DNA of 64,000 bases from an uncultured Muribaculaceae bacterium (GTDB lineage: Bacteria > Bacillota_I > Bacilli_A > RF39 > UBA660). The stretch covers positions 14,816 to 78,815 of the forward strand of contig CAZYQE010000004.1 of the NCBI GenBank assembly GCA_964650315.1, written 5' to 3'. Under the pieces are notes generated by a model. The model was not told where the DNA came from, did not search any database, and worked only from the letters and a program-made list of their open reading frames with translations. Made by a program: the position numbers and the translations under genes. Below, one piece after another: positions 50,311 to 59,979 of the stretch; positions within the stretch are counted from its first letter, which is position 1; every line of letters begins with the position of its first letter.

Positions 50311-50901
50311 ATGAAACATTTACACGTTTATTTTAAATACTGTTGTTATTTAGTGGTTGTTTTTTTGTTTCTATTTATAATAGCATCTGGATCTAAGCAC
50401 GAAACAGCTATGGTAAATAATGTTAATAGTATTAAATCTATACCTGTTTCTAATCTTTCAAATTCATATAAGCTAATGAGTAAAAACAAACAAACTGTTC
50501 AAAAAGTTTATAAAAGTTTTGATGAAGCAGTTATGAATGCAAAGAGTGGAAGTGCTGCTTTTTATGGGAAACTTACAGGATATGGACCAGATTGTAAAGG
50601 ATGTGGAGGACATACTGCTTGTAGACCTTCACAAAATGTTAAAAACGGAAACATTTATTATAATGATAAAAAATATGGAAAAATAAGAATTTTGGCTGCA
50701 GATAAATCAATTCCATGCGGTAGTATTATAAGAGTAAATAATATAAATATATATTCAGAACCAGTTATGGCTATTGTTTTAGATAGAGGTGGTGCTATAA
50801 AAGGAAGTCATTTAGATTTATTGTTTGCCACTCAAAAGAATATGGGAGGATTCAGGACCCAAAATAATATAAAATTCGATATTATGAGATGGGGATTTTA
50901 A
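50311..50901 (+). CDS. 3D-domain protein (YabE/YuiC-like cell-wall-associated)
   Basis: N-terminal signal/TM helix. The C-terminal 3D-domain motifs GYGPDCKGCGG and VLDRGGAIKGSHLDLLF are present. Confidence 0.6.
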   Translation: MKHLHVYFKYCCYLVVVFLFLFIIASGSKHETAMVNNVNSIKSIPVSNLSNSYKLMSKNKQTVQKVYKSFDEAVMNAKSGSAAFYGKLTGYGPDCKGCGGHTACRPSQNVKNGNIYYNDKKYGKIRILAADKSIPCGSIIRVNNINIYSEPVMAIVLDRGGAIKGSHLDLLFATQKNMGGFRTQNNIKFDIMRWGF

Positions 50902-50913
50902 AGGGGAGATAGT

Positions 50914-51459
50914 ATGAAAAAACTTAATTATAGAGAAATTTTTATAATAGTAATGTTGATAATTGTATTATTGGTAGTGTTATTATTATGTTTTACTAAA
51001 AAGAGTACATCTAATAAGAATGTTTTATCTTTAGAAACAAAGAAAAGTAATTTAGAAATAAAAAATTCACTTACTATGAGTGATGAAATGGGTAAGAATA
51101 AGGAAAAGGGTAATGGATATTCTAATTTCATAATAAAAGCAGATAAACTTAAAGATAAAGAAGTTAAATATGAAATATATTTAAAACAAATAAATTCTGT
51201 TAATTCTATTAATCCTAAATACATTAAACTATATTTAACAGAAAAAAGTACAAATAGAGCATTATTAAAAAAACCAGTTACATTTGATAGTTTAAAATTA
51301 GCTAAAACAGATATAGGTGCTAAACAGATTTATACTGGTAGTATTAAGAAAAAAGAATTAATTAGTTTAGAGTTAAAAATGTGGCTGGCTGACACATATA
51401 CCATAAATAGTGAAGAAAAATCATTTGAAATTATGGTTGGTGTTGGTATAATAGAATAG
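50914..51459 (+). CDS. Small secreted or membrane-anchored protein, paralogue A (unknown family)
   Basis: A few N-terminal charged residues then a ~22 aa hydrophobic helix. The mature part aligns with the next ORF (YSNFIIKADKLKDKEVKYEIYLKQ / YFNFNVKSKIKDKSVIDYEVALKK; LKMWLAD / LKAWVAE). Confidence 0.4.
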   Translation: MKKLNYREIFIIVMLIIVLLVVLLLCFTKKSTSNKNVLSLETKKSNLEIKNSLTMSDEMGKNKEKGNGYSNFIIKADKLKDKEVKYEIYLKQINSVNSINPKYIKLYLTEKSTNRALLKKPVTFDSLKLAKTDIGAKQIYTGSIKKKELISLELKMWLADTYTINSEEKSFEIMVGVGIIE

Positions 51460-51469
51460 GAGGATGTAT

Positions 51470-52063
51470 ATGGATAAGAAGGGTAAAAGTTTTAGTACTA
51501 AAACTATAATTATATTTTTAATTATAATTACAGCATTTATATTCTTTTTGTTAGCTATAATAGCTGTTAATTATAAAGCAGGACAAAAGGTTGAACCTAA
51601 AAAGAAAACAGAACAAATTTCAATAACTTATGCAAGTAAACAAAACGGTATAAAATTAACTGGATTAAAACCAACTAAAGATGAAAATGGTGTAAAAGAA
51701 AAAGATTCTAAAAAGTATTTTAATTTTAATGTAAAATCTAAAATAAAAGATAAATCAGTAATTGATTATGAGGTTGCTTTAAAGAAATCTTCTGATTGTA
51801 ATCTTTCTTCTAAGGATATAAAGGTATATTTAGAAAAAGAAAATGAAGGTACATATATTAAGGTTTTTGATCCTAAAGAGTTTAAAGAACTTACTAAAAA
51901 AAGCAAAATTGGTACTCCTAAAGGATATATGGTATTGTTTGACGGATCATATTCATCAAGCTTGGTAGACAAGTATCGTTTGAAAGCTTGGGTAGCTGAA
52001 AAATCTAGTAATAAAGATGTTAAGTGCGATATTACTATTAATATGTATGCAAAAGCAAAATAG
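51470..52063 (+). CDS. Small secreted or membrane-anchored protein, paralogue B (unknown family)
   Basis: Paralogue of 50914-51459 with the same architecture. Start set at the ATG that has GGAGGA 6 nt upstream. Confidence 0.4.
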   Translation: MDKKGKSFSTKTIIIFLIIITAFIFFLLAIIAVNYKAGQKVEPKKKTEQISITYASKQNGIKLTGLKPTKDENGVKEKDSKKYFNFNVKSKIKDKSVIDYEVALKKSSDCNLSSKDIKVYLEKENEGTYIKVFDPKEFKELTKKSKIGTPKGYMVLFDGSYSSSLVDKYRLKAWVAEKSSNKDVKCDITINMYAKAK

Positions 52064-52089
52064 AACATGTAAAGTGTTCTTTTTTTTTG
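52062..52089 (+). terminator. Rho-independent terminator after paralogue B
   Basis: Hairpin AGAACA-TGTAAAG-TGTTCT followed by a T9 run. Confidence 0.55.
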
Positions 52090-52154
52090 TGCTAAAATAT
52101 AGTTTTTTAAAAATTTACGTGATATTATTGTAATATACTATGGGAGGCGATGAA

Positions 52155-52787
52155 ATGGATTCTAGTGAAAACATACATATTGCTATGACAAATCTAGAAA
52201 AAATAAAGTTTCTAGGCTATTTTATTGCTAAAATAGTATTGTATGTAATAATAGTATTATTTTCTATTGTATATGCTGCATGTTGTATTTATTTTGGTAA
52301 CGTTTTACACAATGTTCATAAAAACGAAAACAGACCAACTTTGTTTAATGCATATGTAATAGTTAGTGGTAGTATGATTCCTAATATTAATATACAAGAT
52401 GGTGTAATAATAAAAAGAGAAAAGATGAAAGATTTAAAACAAGGAGATATAATAACGTTTGTTACTCATGATCCTAGATACGATGGATATGTTATTACTC
52501 ATAGAATTATAGGAACAGAAAAAACTACTGATAATAAATATTACTTTAGAACTAAAGGTGATGCTAATAGTGTTGAAGATTCATATTTGGTTTCTGAACA
52601 AGATATATATGGAAAAGTGTTCTTAACAGTCCCAAAGATTGGTTTTTTGAGAGTATTTTTATCTAAATCTATTGGATGGATTGTTTTAGTAATAATACCA
52701 GCTTTAATAATAGTTGTTTATGATGTATTAAAACTATTAAAACATGTTAATAAAAAACCGGTTGAAGAAGAACTAGAAATAATATAA
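52155..52787 (+). CDS. sipW: Signal peptidase I, SipW (ER/archaeal) type
   Basis: N-terminal TM helix, Ser motif VSGSMIP, the ITHRII His region and KGDAN..D typical of SipW/Sec11-type SPases; a C-terminal TM helix is also present. Confidence 0.7.
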   Translation: MDSSENIHIAMTNLEKIKFLGYFIAKIVLYVIIVLFSIVYAACCIYFGNVLHNVHKNENRPTLFNAYVIVSGSMIPNINIQDGVIIKREKMKDLKQGDIITFVTHDPRYDGYVITHRIIGTEKTTDNKYYFRTKGDANSVEDSYLVSEQDIYGKVFLTVPKIGFLRVFLSKSIGWIVLVIIPALIIVVYDVLKLLKHVNKKPVEEELEII

Positions 52788-52799
52788 TTTGGGGGAATT

Positions 52800-53597
52800 A
52801 TGGAAAAGTACAATGTAAAATTTAAAAAGAAATTTGGGCAAAACTTTTTAAAGGATAATAATATAGTTAAAAAAATTGTTAATATTTGTGATATAACTGA
52901 TAAGGATTTAGTAATAGAAGTAGGTCCTGGAGGAGCAATTCTTACTAAAGAGTTAGCAAATGTAGCGAAAGAAGTGCTAGCTTATGAAATAGATAAGGAT
53001 TTAAAGGAAGAATTAGAAATAAAATTAAAAAACTATTCTAATGTAGAAGTTTTATATCAAGACTTTTTAGAATCAAATATAAAAGAAGATATTAAAGATA
53101 AAGAATATAGTAACTTGTTCTTTGTGAGTAATGTTCCCTATTATATAACTACGCCTATTATTATAAAACTTATGGATAGTGGGATTAACTTTAAAAAGAT
53201 ATGTTTAATGGTTCAAAAAGAAGTAGCAGATAGATTATCTGCTAATCCTGGTACTAGAGATTATGGATCTATTACCGTTTTATTAAAAAGTTTTTATAAC
53301 ATAAAAAAAGAATTTTTTGTATCTAGGGAAGAATTTGTTCCTAAACCTAATGTAGATAGTGAAATTATTTCCTTAGAAGAAAAAGAAGATAAGCTATTTA
53401 TTAAGAATAAAGAATTTTTTATAAATTTTGTTAGAAATTGTTTTCAATATAAGAGGAAGAATATCAAAAATAATTTAAAAAATTATGACTTAGATATCAT
53501 AAGAAAAATACTTAAAGAGCATGAATATGATTTGTCAGTTAGAGCTGAACAGTTAGATGTTTCGATTTTTATAGAAATGGCTAACGAATTAGTTTAG
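52800..53597 (+). CDS. rsmA: 16S rRNA (adenine1518/1519-N6)-dimethyltransferase RsmA (KsgA)
   Basis: N-terminus KKKFGQNFL, SAM motif EVGPGGAIL and the NVPYYIT motif; 265 aa. Confidence 0.85.
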   Translation: MEKYNVKFKKKFGQNFLKDNNIVKKIVNICDITDKDLVIEVGPGGAILTKELANVAKEVLAYEIDKDLKEELEIKLKNYSNVEVLYQDFLESNIKEDIKDKEYSNLFFVSNVPYYITTPIIIKLMDSGINFKKICLMVQKEVADRLSANPGTRDYGSITVLLKSFYNIKKEFFVSREEFVPKPNVDSEIISLEEKEDKLFIKNKEFFINFVRNCFQYKRKNIKNNLKNYDLDIIRKILKEHEYDLSVRAEQLDVSIFIEMANELV

Positions 53598-53642
53598 TAA
53601 TAACTTCTTTTTTTTTGCATAAATTTTAATGGAGATGATATT

Positions 53643-54419
53643 TTGGGTTTAATAGTGGGAGATTTAGTTACTAGAAATTCTTATAATAATGATATATTAT
53701 TTAAAATTATTTCTATAGAAGATGATGTTGCTGTTCTTAAAGGTATAGATTTAAGACTTTATGCAGATAGTTTGGTTAGTGATTTAAAAAAGGAAAAAGA
53801 AGTTTCTAGTAATGATACACAAATAATAGAAGATAATATTAGAGATATATCAATGGATAGAGACAAGTATTTTTATTTACCAGGTAAAATATTACATATA
53901 GATGGTGATTCTGATTATTTAAAAAGATGTATGGATTTTTATAAGAAGATGAATGTGAAAGCTAATGGATTAACTGTTTTAGAAGAAGAAATGGCTGATA
54001 AAGTATTAGAATTATTAGTAGAATTTAATCCCGATATATTAGTTATTACAGGACATGATGCTTACTATAAAAATAGAAAAGACAAAATAAAAAGTGATTA
54101 TCAGAATTCTTTTAATTTTATAGATGCGGTAAAGGAAGCTAGAAAATATGAAAAAAGTCATGATAAATTAATAATAATAGCAGGTGCTTGTCAATCTAAT
54201 TATGAGGAATTAATTAAAGCAGGTGCTAATTTTGCTTCTAGTCCAAAAAGAATAAATATCCATGCTTTAGATCCTGCTATTATTGCTACTACGTTAGCGT
54301 TTTCAGATAAAAGTAAGGGTATAGACCTATTGAAGACAATAGAAAAGACAAAATATGGTAGTGATGGTATGGGCGGTATAATAACTACAGGTACTATGTA
54401 TGTGGGGTATCCTAGATGA
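53643..54419 (+). CDS. yabG: Sporulation-specific protease YabG
   Basis: N-terminus (M)GLIVGDLVTRNSYNNDILFKII aligns with B. subtilis YabG (QIGDMVARKSYQMDVLFRII). TTG start; synteny is ksgA-yabG-veg. Confidence 0.7.
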   Translation: MGLIVGDLVTRNSYNNDILFKIISIEDDVAVLKGIDLRLYADSLVSDLKKEKEVSSNDTQIIEDNIRDISMDRDKYFYLPGKILHIDGDSDYLKRCMDFYKKMNVKANGLTVLEEEMADKVLELLVEFNPDILVITGHDAYYKNRKDKIKSDYQNSFNFIDAVKEARKYEKSHDKLIIIAGACQSNYEELIKAGANFASSPKRINIHALDPAIIATTLAFSDKSKGIDLLKTIEKTKYGSDGMGGIITTGTMYVGYPR

Positions 54420-54628
54420 CAATAGATAAAATTAAGAAATTTATAGAAAAAAATAAAAACATATCTAAAAAATTTGTTTTTAAAGGAACTAGAAATCAAA
54501 TTGATAAATTTGAGGGCGTTATTACTGAAATATATCCTGCTATTTTCATTATAGAAACAGAAAAAGGGGAAAGAAAATCTTTCAGTTATAATGATGTTTT
54601 AATAGAAAATTTAACAATAAGTGACTAA
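54416..54628 (+). CDS. veg: Veg family protein
   Basis: 70 aa; the segment KGTRNQIDKFEGVITEIYPAIFIIE resembles Veg ([24 protein letters not shown]). ATGA start/stop overlap with yabG. Confidence 0.6.
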   Translation: MTIDKIKKFIEKNKNISKKFVFKGTRNQIDKFEGVITEIYPAIFIIETEKGERKSFSYNDVLIENLTISD

Positions 54629-54723
54629 AAAAAGCGTATTATACTTAAATTTATTGCTTTTTTTTAAGTATTATTATAAAATATAGGTGTAAAGTTTTAT
54701 ACTTTAAGAGGGAGGAATATGAC

Positions 54724-55029
54724 ATGAAGATCACATCTGTTAATGTACGCAAGATTGAAAAAGAAGGATCTCGCATGAAAGGAATTGCATCAGTTTTACT
54801 TGATGATAGCTTTGCCGTTCATGACATTCGTGTAATTGAGGGTGAGAAAGGACTATTTATCGCAATGCCTAGTAGAAGAACTGCTAGTGGAGAATATAGA
54901 GATATAGCACATCCAATCAATGCAGAAGTAAGAGCTATGTTTGAAGAAGCAATTATCGATGCTTACAACAATGCTGAGGAACCAGAAGAAAAACCTGAAG
55001 AAGCAGAAGAAGAGTCTACAGAAGAATAG
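54724..55029 (+). CDS. spoVG: Septation regulator SpoVG
   Basis: [11 protein letters not shown]...[45 protein letters not shown] is near-identical to the SpoVG family core. Confidence 0.9.
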   Translation: MKITSVNVRKIEKEGSRMKGIASVLLDDSFAVHDIRVIEGEKGLFIAMPSRRTASGEYRDIAHPINAEVRAMFEEAIIDAYNNAEEPEEKPEEAEEESTEE

Positions 55030-55050
55030 ATGGAAACATCTATTTTTTTT
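55027..55050 (+). terminator. Rho-independent terminator after spoVG
   Basis: Hairpin TAGATG-GAAA-CATCTA followed by a T8 run. Confidence 0.55.
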
Positions 55051-55096
55051 GGTATATTTTAATTTTTAAATTCATATAGTTTATTGGGAGGATTAT

Positions 55097-55384
55097 ATGA
55101 ATAAACAAGATAATATAAGTAGTTATAATCATGGTATTAGTTTGTTGGAAAGAAAAAATTTAGTTATTACAGGAGTCAAAAAGATAGAAAACTTTGATAA
55201 CGAACAGTTTTTACTTGAAACAATAATGGGATTCATAGTTATTAAAGGTGAATCTTTAGAACTAGTAAAACTTGATACATTGCAAGGCAATGTTACTATT
55301 AAAGGAACTATAAATGGGATTAACTATGCAGAAGAAGGGCAAAAAAGTAAAGAAAATAGTATATTTAATAGGTTGTTTAAATAA
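55097..55384 (+). CDS. yabP: Sporulation protein YabP
   Basis: LVITGVKKIENFDNEQFLLETIMGFIVIKGESL aligns with YabP (LSITGVKHVESFDSEEFLLETDMGFLAIRGQNL). Confidence 0.75.
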   Translation: MNKQDNISSYNHGISLLERKNLVITGVKKIENFDNEQFLLETIMGFIVIKGESLELVKLDTLQGNVTIKGTINGINYAEEGQKSKENSIFNRLFK

Positions 55385-55674
55385 TGAATCTTAAGATACA
55401 GATTATTTCTTTATTATTTTCTTTTTTTTATGGGGTTGCTTTTTCTTCTTTAGTTAATATTAATTATGAATTATTATTTAAAAAAAGAAAGAAATATAGA
55501 ATTATATATACACTTATATTTGTATTGATAATGGCTCTATTATATTTCTTCTTATTGCAAAAAATTAATAATGGTATAATGCATGTTTATTTTTTAATGA
55601 TTATTTTGATAGGGTTTTATATTAGTTTTCCAATAACGAAAAAAATAAGAATAAAAAACGTAAAAAAGAAGTAA
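55384..55674 (+). CDS. yabQ: Spore cortex biosynthesis membrane protein YabQ
   Basis: 96 aa with three TM helices, immediately after yabP with an ATGA overlap. Position and topology match yabQ. Confidence 0.55.
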   Translation: MNLKIQIISLLFSFFYGVAFSSLVNINYELLFKKRKKYRIIYTLIFVLIMALLYFFLLQKINNGIMHVYFLMIILIGFYISFPITKKIRIKNVKKK

Positions 55675-55761
55675 ATTAGTGTAAAATTTTATAAAAAAAC
55701 TATTTTTTTGTAAACATTTGCTTATTTTGGCTTTATAATTTATTTTAGGATGGTGGTGTTT

Positions 55762-56052
55762 ATGGCGAGAAGAAGAAAAAAAACAAAACGCTTTCTTTCA
55801 TTGGGCTTAATTTCTTTAGCTGTAATTGGAATCACTACATTTACTATTGGAAAGTATTGGGTAGAAATATATAATAAATATAAAGAAAAGAAAGATCTTG
55901 ATAAAAAATATGTGGAATTAAAAGAAAAAGAAGAAAGATTAAGAGTAGATGCAGATAAATTACAAGATAAAGATTATATTGCAAGATACGCTAGAGAAAA
56001 GTACTTATATTCTAAAGATGGAGAATTTATAATAAAAATACCTGAAAATTAA
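55762..56052 (+). CDS. divIC: Septum formation initiator DivIC/FtsB family protein
   Basis: Single N-terminal TM helix followed by a coiled-coil and the C-terminal YIARYAREKYLYSKDGE motif typical of DivIC/FtsB. Confidence 0.65.
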   Translation: MARRRKKTKRFLSLGLISLAVIGITTFTIGKYWVEIYNKYKEKKDLDKKYVELKEKEERLRVDADKLQDKDYIARYAREKYLYSKDGEFIIKIPEN

Positions 56053-56077
56053 AAGTGATTTAATCACTTTTTCTTTT
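56052..56077 (+). terminator. Rho-independent terminator after divIC
   Basis: Hairpin AAAGTGATT-T-AATCACTTT followed by TTCTTTT. Confidence 0.5.
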
Positions 56078-56127
56078 GATTTAAACATATACATGGTATA
56101 ATAATTTAGAAATGTGTGGTGATATTA

Positions 56128-57447
56128 ATGATCAATTTATCAATAGAAGAAACATTTAAATTACATAAAAATGATGTTATAGTTATTGGATGTTCTAGTG
56201 GACCTGATTCTATGGCACTAGTAGATATGTTATTAAAAGTAAGAGAAAAATATAATTTATCATTAATTATTGCGCATGTTAATCATAATATAAGAGTGGA
56301 AAGCTTGGAAGAAGCAGATTATTTAAGAAGTTATTCTAAAGAGAATAATATTATATTTGAATATATGACTATTACTAATTATGGAGATGATAATTTTCAT
56401 AACGAAGCCAGAAATATTAGATATAAATTCTTTGAAGATGTTGTTAGGAAGTATGATGCTAATTATTTAGTAACTGCTCATCATGGTGATGATTTAGTAG
56501 AAACAATACTTATGAGAATTAGTAGAGGCTCTAATTTAAATGGATATAGCGGTTTTAAAAAGACAGTTCATATGGAAGGATATGATATAGTTAGACCATT
56601 ATTAAACTATACTAAAAAAGAATTAGAAGAATATGATGAAAAGAACAAAGTTAAATACTTTGTTGATAAATCTAATGAAAAAGATACATATACTAGAAAT
56701 AGATATCGTAAATATGTGTTACCTTTTTTGAAAGAAGAAGATCCTAATATACATTTAAAGTTTCTAAAATTTAGTAATGTTATAGAAGATGCAGATAGGT
56801 TTATTGAAACAAAACGTGATGAAGCATTAGAAGAAGTAGTAGAAGATGACAAAATTAAAATTAATAAGTTTAAAAAGATAGATAAGTTTTTACAAAAAGA
56901 AGTGTTATATTATATTATGAGTGAGTTTTATCAAGATGATTTAATTTTAATCAGTGATAAACATATTGAATTATTATTAGAATTAATATATAGTAACAAG
57001 GCAAATGTTTTTGTTAATTTACCTAACGAGGTAGTAGCTACTAAAAACTATGATTATTTAGAACTAAAGAGAGTTAGTGATGAGATTACTAGTTATGAAA
57101 TAGAGTTTGATAATTATGTAGAATTACCTAATAACAAAACTATTAAATTAATTGATGAAGTTAACTCTAACAGTAATAATATATGCAAACTTAATAGTGA
57201 AGAAATAACATTACCACTTATTATTAGAACTCGTAAGATTGGGGATAAGATGTATGTTAAAGGATTAAATGGTTCTAAAAAAATCAAAGATATTTTTATT
57301 GATAGTAAGATTAATACTAGAGATAGAGATATGTGGCCTGTAGTTGTTGATTCTAAGGGTGTAGTTGTATGGTTACCTGGTTTAAAAAAATCTAAATATG
57401 ATAAGAAAAAAGATGAAAAATATGATATAATACTTGAGTATAGTTAA
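56128..57447 (+). CDS. tilS: tRNA(Ile)-lysidine synthetase TilS
   Basis: PP-loop motif GCSSGPDSMAL; about 440 aa. Confidence 0.85.
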   Translation: MINLSIEETFKLHKNDVIVIGCSSGPDSMALVDMLLKVREKYNLSLIIAHVNHNIRVESLEEADYLRSYSKENNIIFEYMTITNYGDDNFHNEARNIRYKFFEDVVRKYDANYLVTAHHGDDLVETILMRISRGSNLNGYSGFKKTVHMEGYDIVRPLLNYTKKELEEYDEKNKVKYFVDKSNEKDTYTRNRYRKYVLPFLKEEDPNIHLKFLKFSNVIEDADRFIETKRDEALEEVVEDDKIKINKFKKIDKFLQKEVLYYIMSEFYQDDLILISDKHIELLLELIYSNKANVFVNLPNEVVATKNYDYLELKRVSDEITSYEIEFDNYVELPNNKTIKLIDEVNSNSNNICKLNSEEITLPLIIRTRKIGDKMYVKGLNGSKKIKDIFIDSKINTRDRDMWPVVVDSKGVVVWLPGLKKSKYDKKKDEKYDIILEYS

Positions 57448-57457
57448 GGAGGAATTT

Positions 57458-59437
57458 ATGAATACTGCAAATAATTTAAATAAGAAAACAGTTAAAAAAG
57501 GATTGTTACCATATTTATTTATAATAATATTAATGCTTGGTATATTCTATTTTGCTGGTGTAATGAATAATAAAGTTAATGTATTAACTTATAATGAATT
57601 TATTGATAAATTAGAGAAAGATGAGATTAAAGAATTAGAAGTAACTACTAGAGGAACTGCTTATACATATGAAGTAAGAGGTAGTCTAGATGGTTATGAA
57701 AAGAATGAAACTTTTTTTGCTAAACTTCCATTATCTGATCAAGTAATGAAGAAGATAGTAAAAGCTAGTGATGAACAAGAGTTTAAATTTACTGCAAAAG
57801 CAGATCCTGAATCATCATCACTATTGTCTTTTATAATTAATGTATTACCATTTGTAATAATAATTGGTTTTGCTTTCTTCTTGTTTAGTCGTCAAATGGC
57901 GGGTAATAAGAATTCATTAGATTTTGGTAAGAGTAAAGCAAAATTAAATGATGAAAAGAACAAAGTTACATTTAAAGATGTAGCAGGTCTTAAAGAAGAA
58001 AAAGAAGAAGTATCTGAATTAATAGATTTCTTAAAAAAACCTAAGAAATTCCAAAAATTAGGTGCTAGAATACCTAAAGGGGTATTATTAGTAGGGCCTC
58101 CAGGTACTGGTAAAACATTACTTGCTAAGGCTGTTGCTGGAGAAGCTAATGTTCCGTTTTATTTTATTAGTGGATCTGATTTTGTAGAGTTATTTGTTGG
58201 TGTTGGAGCTAGTCGAGTTAGAGACATGTTTAAACAAGCTAAAAGAAATGCACCATGTTTAATATTTATAGATGAAATAGACGCAGTTGGTCGTCAAAGA
58301 GGTACAGGTTTAGGTGGAGGACATGATGAAAGAGAGCAAACATTAAACCAATTACTTACTGAGATGGATGGTTTTGGGGAAAACGAAGGAATCATTATAA
58401 TTGCTGCGACAAATAGGCCTGATGTATTAGATCCTGCATTATTACGTCCTGGTAGATTTGATAGACAGGTTACTGTTAGTTTACCTGATGTAAAAGGTAG
58501 AGAGGAAATTTTAGCAGTTCATGCTAAAAACAAAAAATTAGCTGACGGTCTTACTCTAGAACATTTAGCTAAGAGAACTCCAGGTTTTAGTGGAGCAGAT
58601 TTAGAAAATTTACTTAATGAAGCTGCATTACTTGCAGTTAGAAGAAATAAAGAAGAAATCGGTATGAGTGAAATAGATGAAGCTACTGACCGTGTATTAA
58701 TGGGTCCAGCTAAAACATCTCGTAAATACAGTGAAAATGATCGTAAATTAGTTGCTTATCATGAAGCAGGGCATGCTGTTGTTGGATTAAAACTAGCTAG
58801 AGCTAATGATGTTCAAAAAGTTACTATTATTCCTAGAGGTGCTGCTGGTGGATACAATATGATGGTACCTAGTGAAGAAAAATTATGTGCTACTAAGACA
58901 GATTTGTTAGAAGAAGTAACAGGATTACTTGGTGGGCGTACTGCCGAAGAAATTACTTTTGGAGAAATTACAACAGGTGCACATAACGATTTTGAAAAAG
59001 CTACTAAGATTGTTAGAAGTATGGTTACTGAGTATGGTATGAGTGATTTAGGACCTCTTCAATTTGAACAACAAGCAGGAAGTGTATTCTTAGGAAGAGA
59101 TTATAATAAGTCTCAACACTTCTCTAATGAAGTTGCTAATGAAATTGATATGGAAATGAGAAAAATTATTGATGGATGTCATGATAAGGCTACTGAAATA
59201 ATTAAGAAGAATAAGGATTTATTGAAACTAATTGCTGAAACATTATTAGAATATGAAACTTTAACTAAGGAACAAATCGATTATTTAGTAGAACATGGTA
59301 AAATGCCAGAAGAAGATGAAGATAACTATGAATCTATGTCTATTACTAAATTAAAAGAGATTGCTAAAGAAAAGGGTATAAAGAATTATTCTAAAATGAC
59401 AAAGGCTGAAATTTTAAAAGAACTAGATAAGCAATAG
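57458..59437 (+). CDS. ftsH: ATP-dependent zinc metalloprotease FtsH
   Basis: Two TM helices, AAA+ Walker A motif GPPGTGKT, the SRH region and the zinc motif HEAGHA. Has a C-terminal ~35 aa tail resembling a Rho-N/SAP-like motif ([28 protein letters not shown]). Confidence 0.9.
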   Translation: MNTANNLNKKTVKKGLLPYLFIIILMLGIFYFAGVMNNKVNVLTYNEFIDKLEKDEIKELEVTTRGTAYTYEVRGSLDGYEKNETFFAKLPLSDQVMKKIVKASDEQEFKFTAKADPESSSLLSFIINVLPFVIIIGFAFFLFSRQMAGNKNSLDFGKSKAKLNDEKNKVTFKDVAGLKEEKEEVSELIDFLKKPKKFQKLGARIPKGVLLVGPPGTGKTLLAKAVAGEANVPFYFISGSDFVELFVGVGASRVRDMFKQAKRNAPCLIFIDEIDAVGRQRGTGLGGGHDEREQTLNQLLTEMDGFGENEGIIIIAATNRPDVLDPALLRPGRFDRQVTVSLPDVKGREEILAVHAKNKKLADGLTLEHLAKRTPGFSGADLENLLNEAALLAVRRNKEEIGMSEIDEATDRVLMGPAKTSRKYSENDRKLVAYHEAGHAVVGLKLARANDVQKVTIIPRGAAGGYNMMVPSEEKLCATKTDLLEEVTGLLGGRTAEEITFGEITTGAHNDFEKATKIVRSMVTEYGMSDLGPLQFEQQAGSVFLGRDYNKSQHFSNEVANEIDMEMRKIIDGCHDKATEIIKKNKDLLKLIAETLLEYETLTKEQIDYLVEHGKMPEEDEDNYESMSITKLKEIAKEKGIKNYSKMTKAEILKELDKQ

Positions 59438-59496
59438 TTCTTTTTTTCTTGAAAAATATTAAATATCTATTATAATATAGGCAAGGAGGAGTTTTT

Positions 59497-59928
59497 ATGT
59501 CTAAGAAGAAAGCTATTAAGAGCAAAATGAAAAACGTTAAAGGAAAAGGTAAAGGATTTATTGCTGAATTTAAAACATTTATTTTAAGAGGAAATGTTAT
59601 GGATATGGCTATTGGTGTTATCATTGGTGGTGCTTTCCAAGCAATAGTAACTGCGTTAACTGCTGATTTTATTAATCCATTAATTAATGGTATTGGTGGT
59701 GCAAAAGTAGGAGGAACTATTAAAATATATGGTGGACAAGTAATTAAATATGGTGATTTTATAACTGCTATTATAAATTTCTTAATAATGGCTTTAGTAT
59801 TATTTATATTATTAAAAATAGTCAATAAAGTAATGGCTGGTAAAAAGAAAGAAGAGGAAGCTGTTGTTAAGAGCGAAGAAGTAGAACTTTTAGAAGAAAT
59901 TAGAGATCTATTAAAGAAACAAAAGTAG
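59497..59928 (+). CDS. mscL: Large-conductance mechanosensitive channel MscL
   Basis: Core FKTFILRGNVMDMAIGVIIGGAF matches MscL, preceded by a lysine-rich N-terminal extension. RBS GGAGGAG precedes the first ATG. Confidence 0.85.
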   Translation: MSKKKAIKSKMKNVKGKGKGFIAEFKTFILRGNVMDMAIGVIIGGAFQAIVTALTADFINPLINGIGGAKVGGTIKIYGGQVIKYGDFITAIINFLIMALVLFILLKIVNKVMAGKKKEEEAVVKSEEVELLEEIRDLLKKQK

Positions 59929-59937
59929 TACATATTT

Positions 59938-59962
59938 AGAACTTGTTATAAGTTCTTTTCTT
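59938..59962 (+). terminator. Rho-independent terminator after mscL
   Basis: Hairpin AGAACTT-GTTAT-AAGTTCT followed by TTTTCTT. Confidence 0.5.
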
Positions 59963-59979
59963 ATGTATAATACTAGGGG

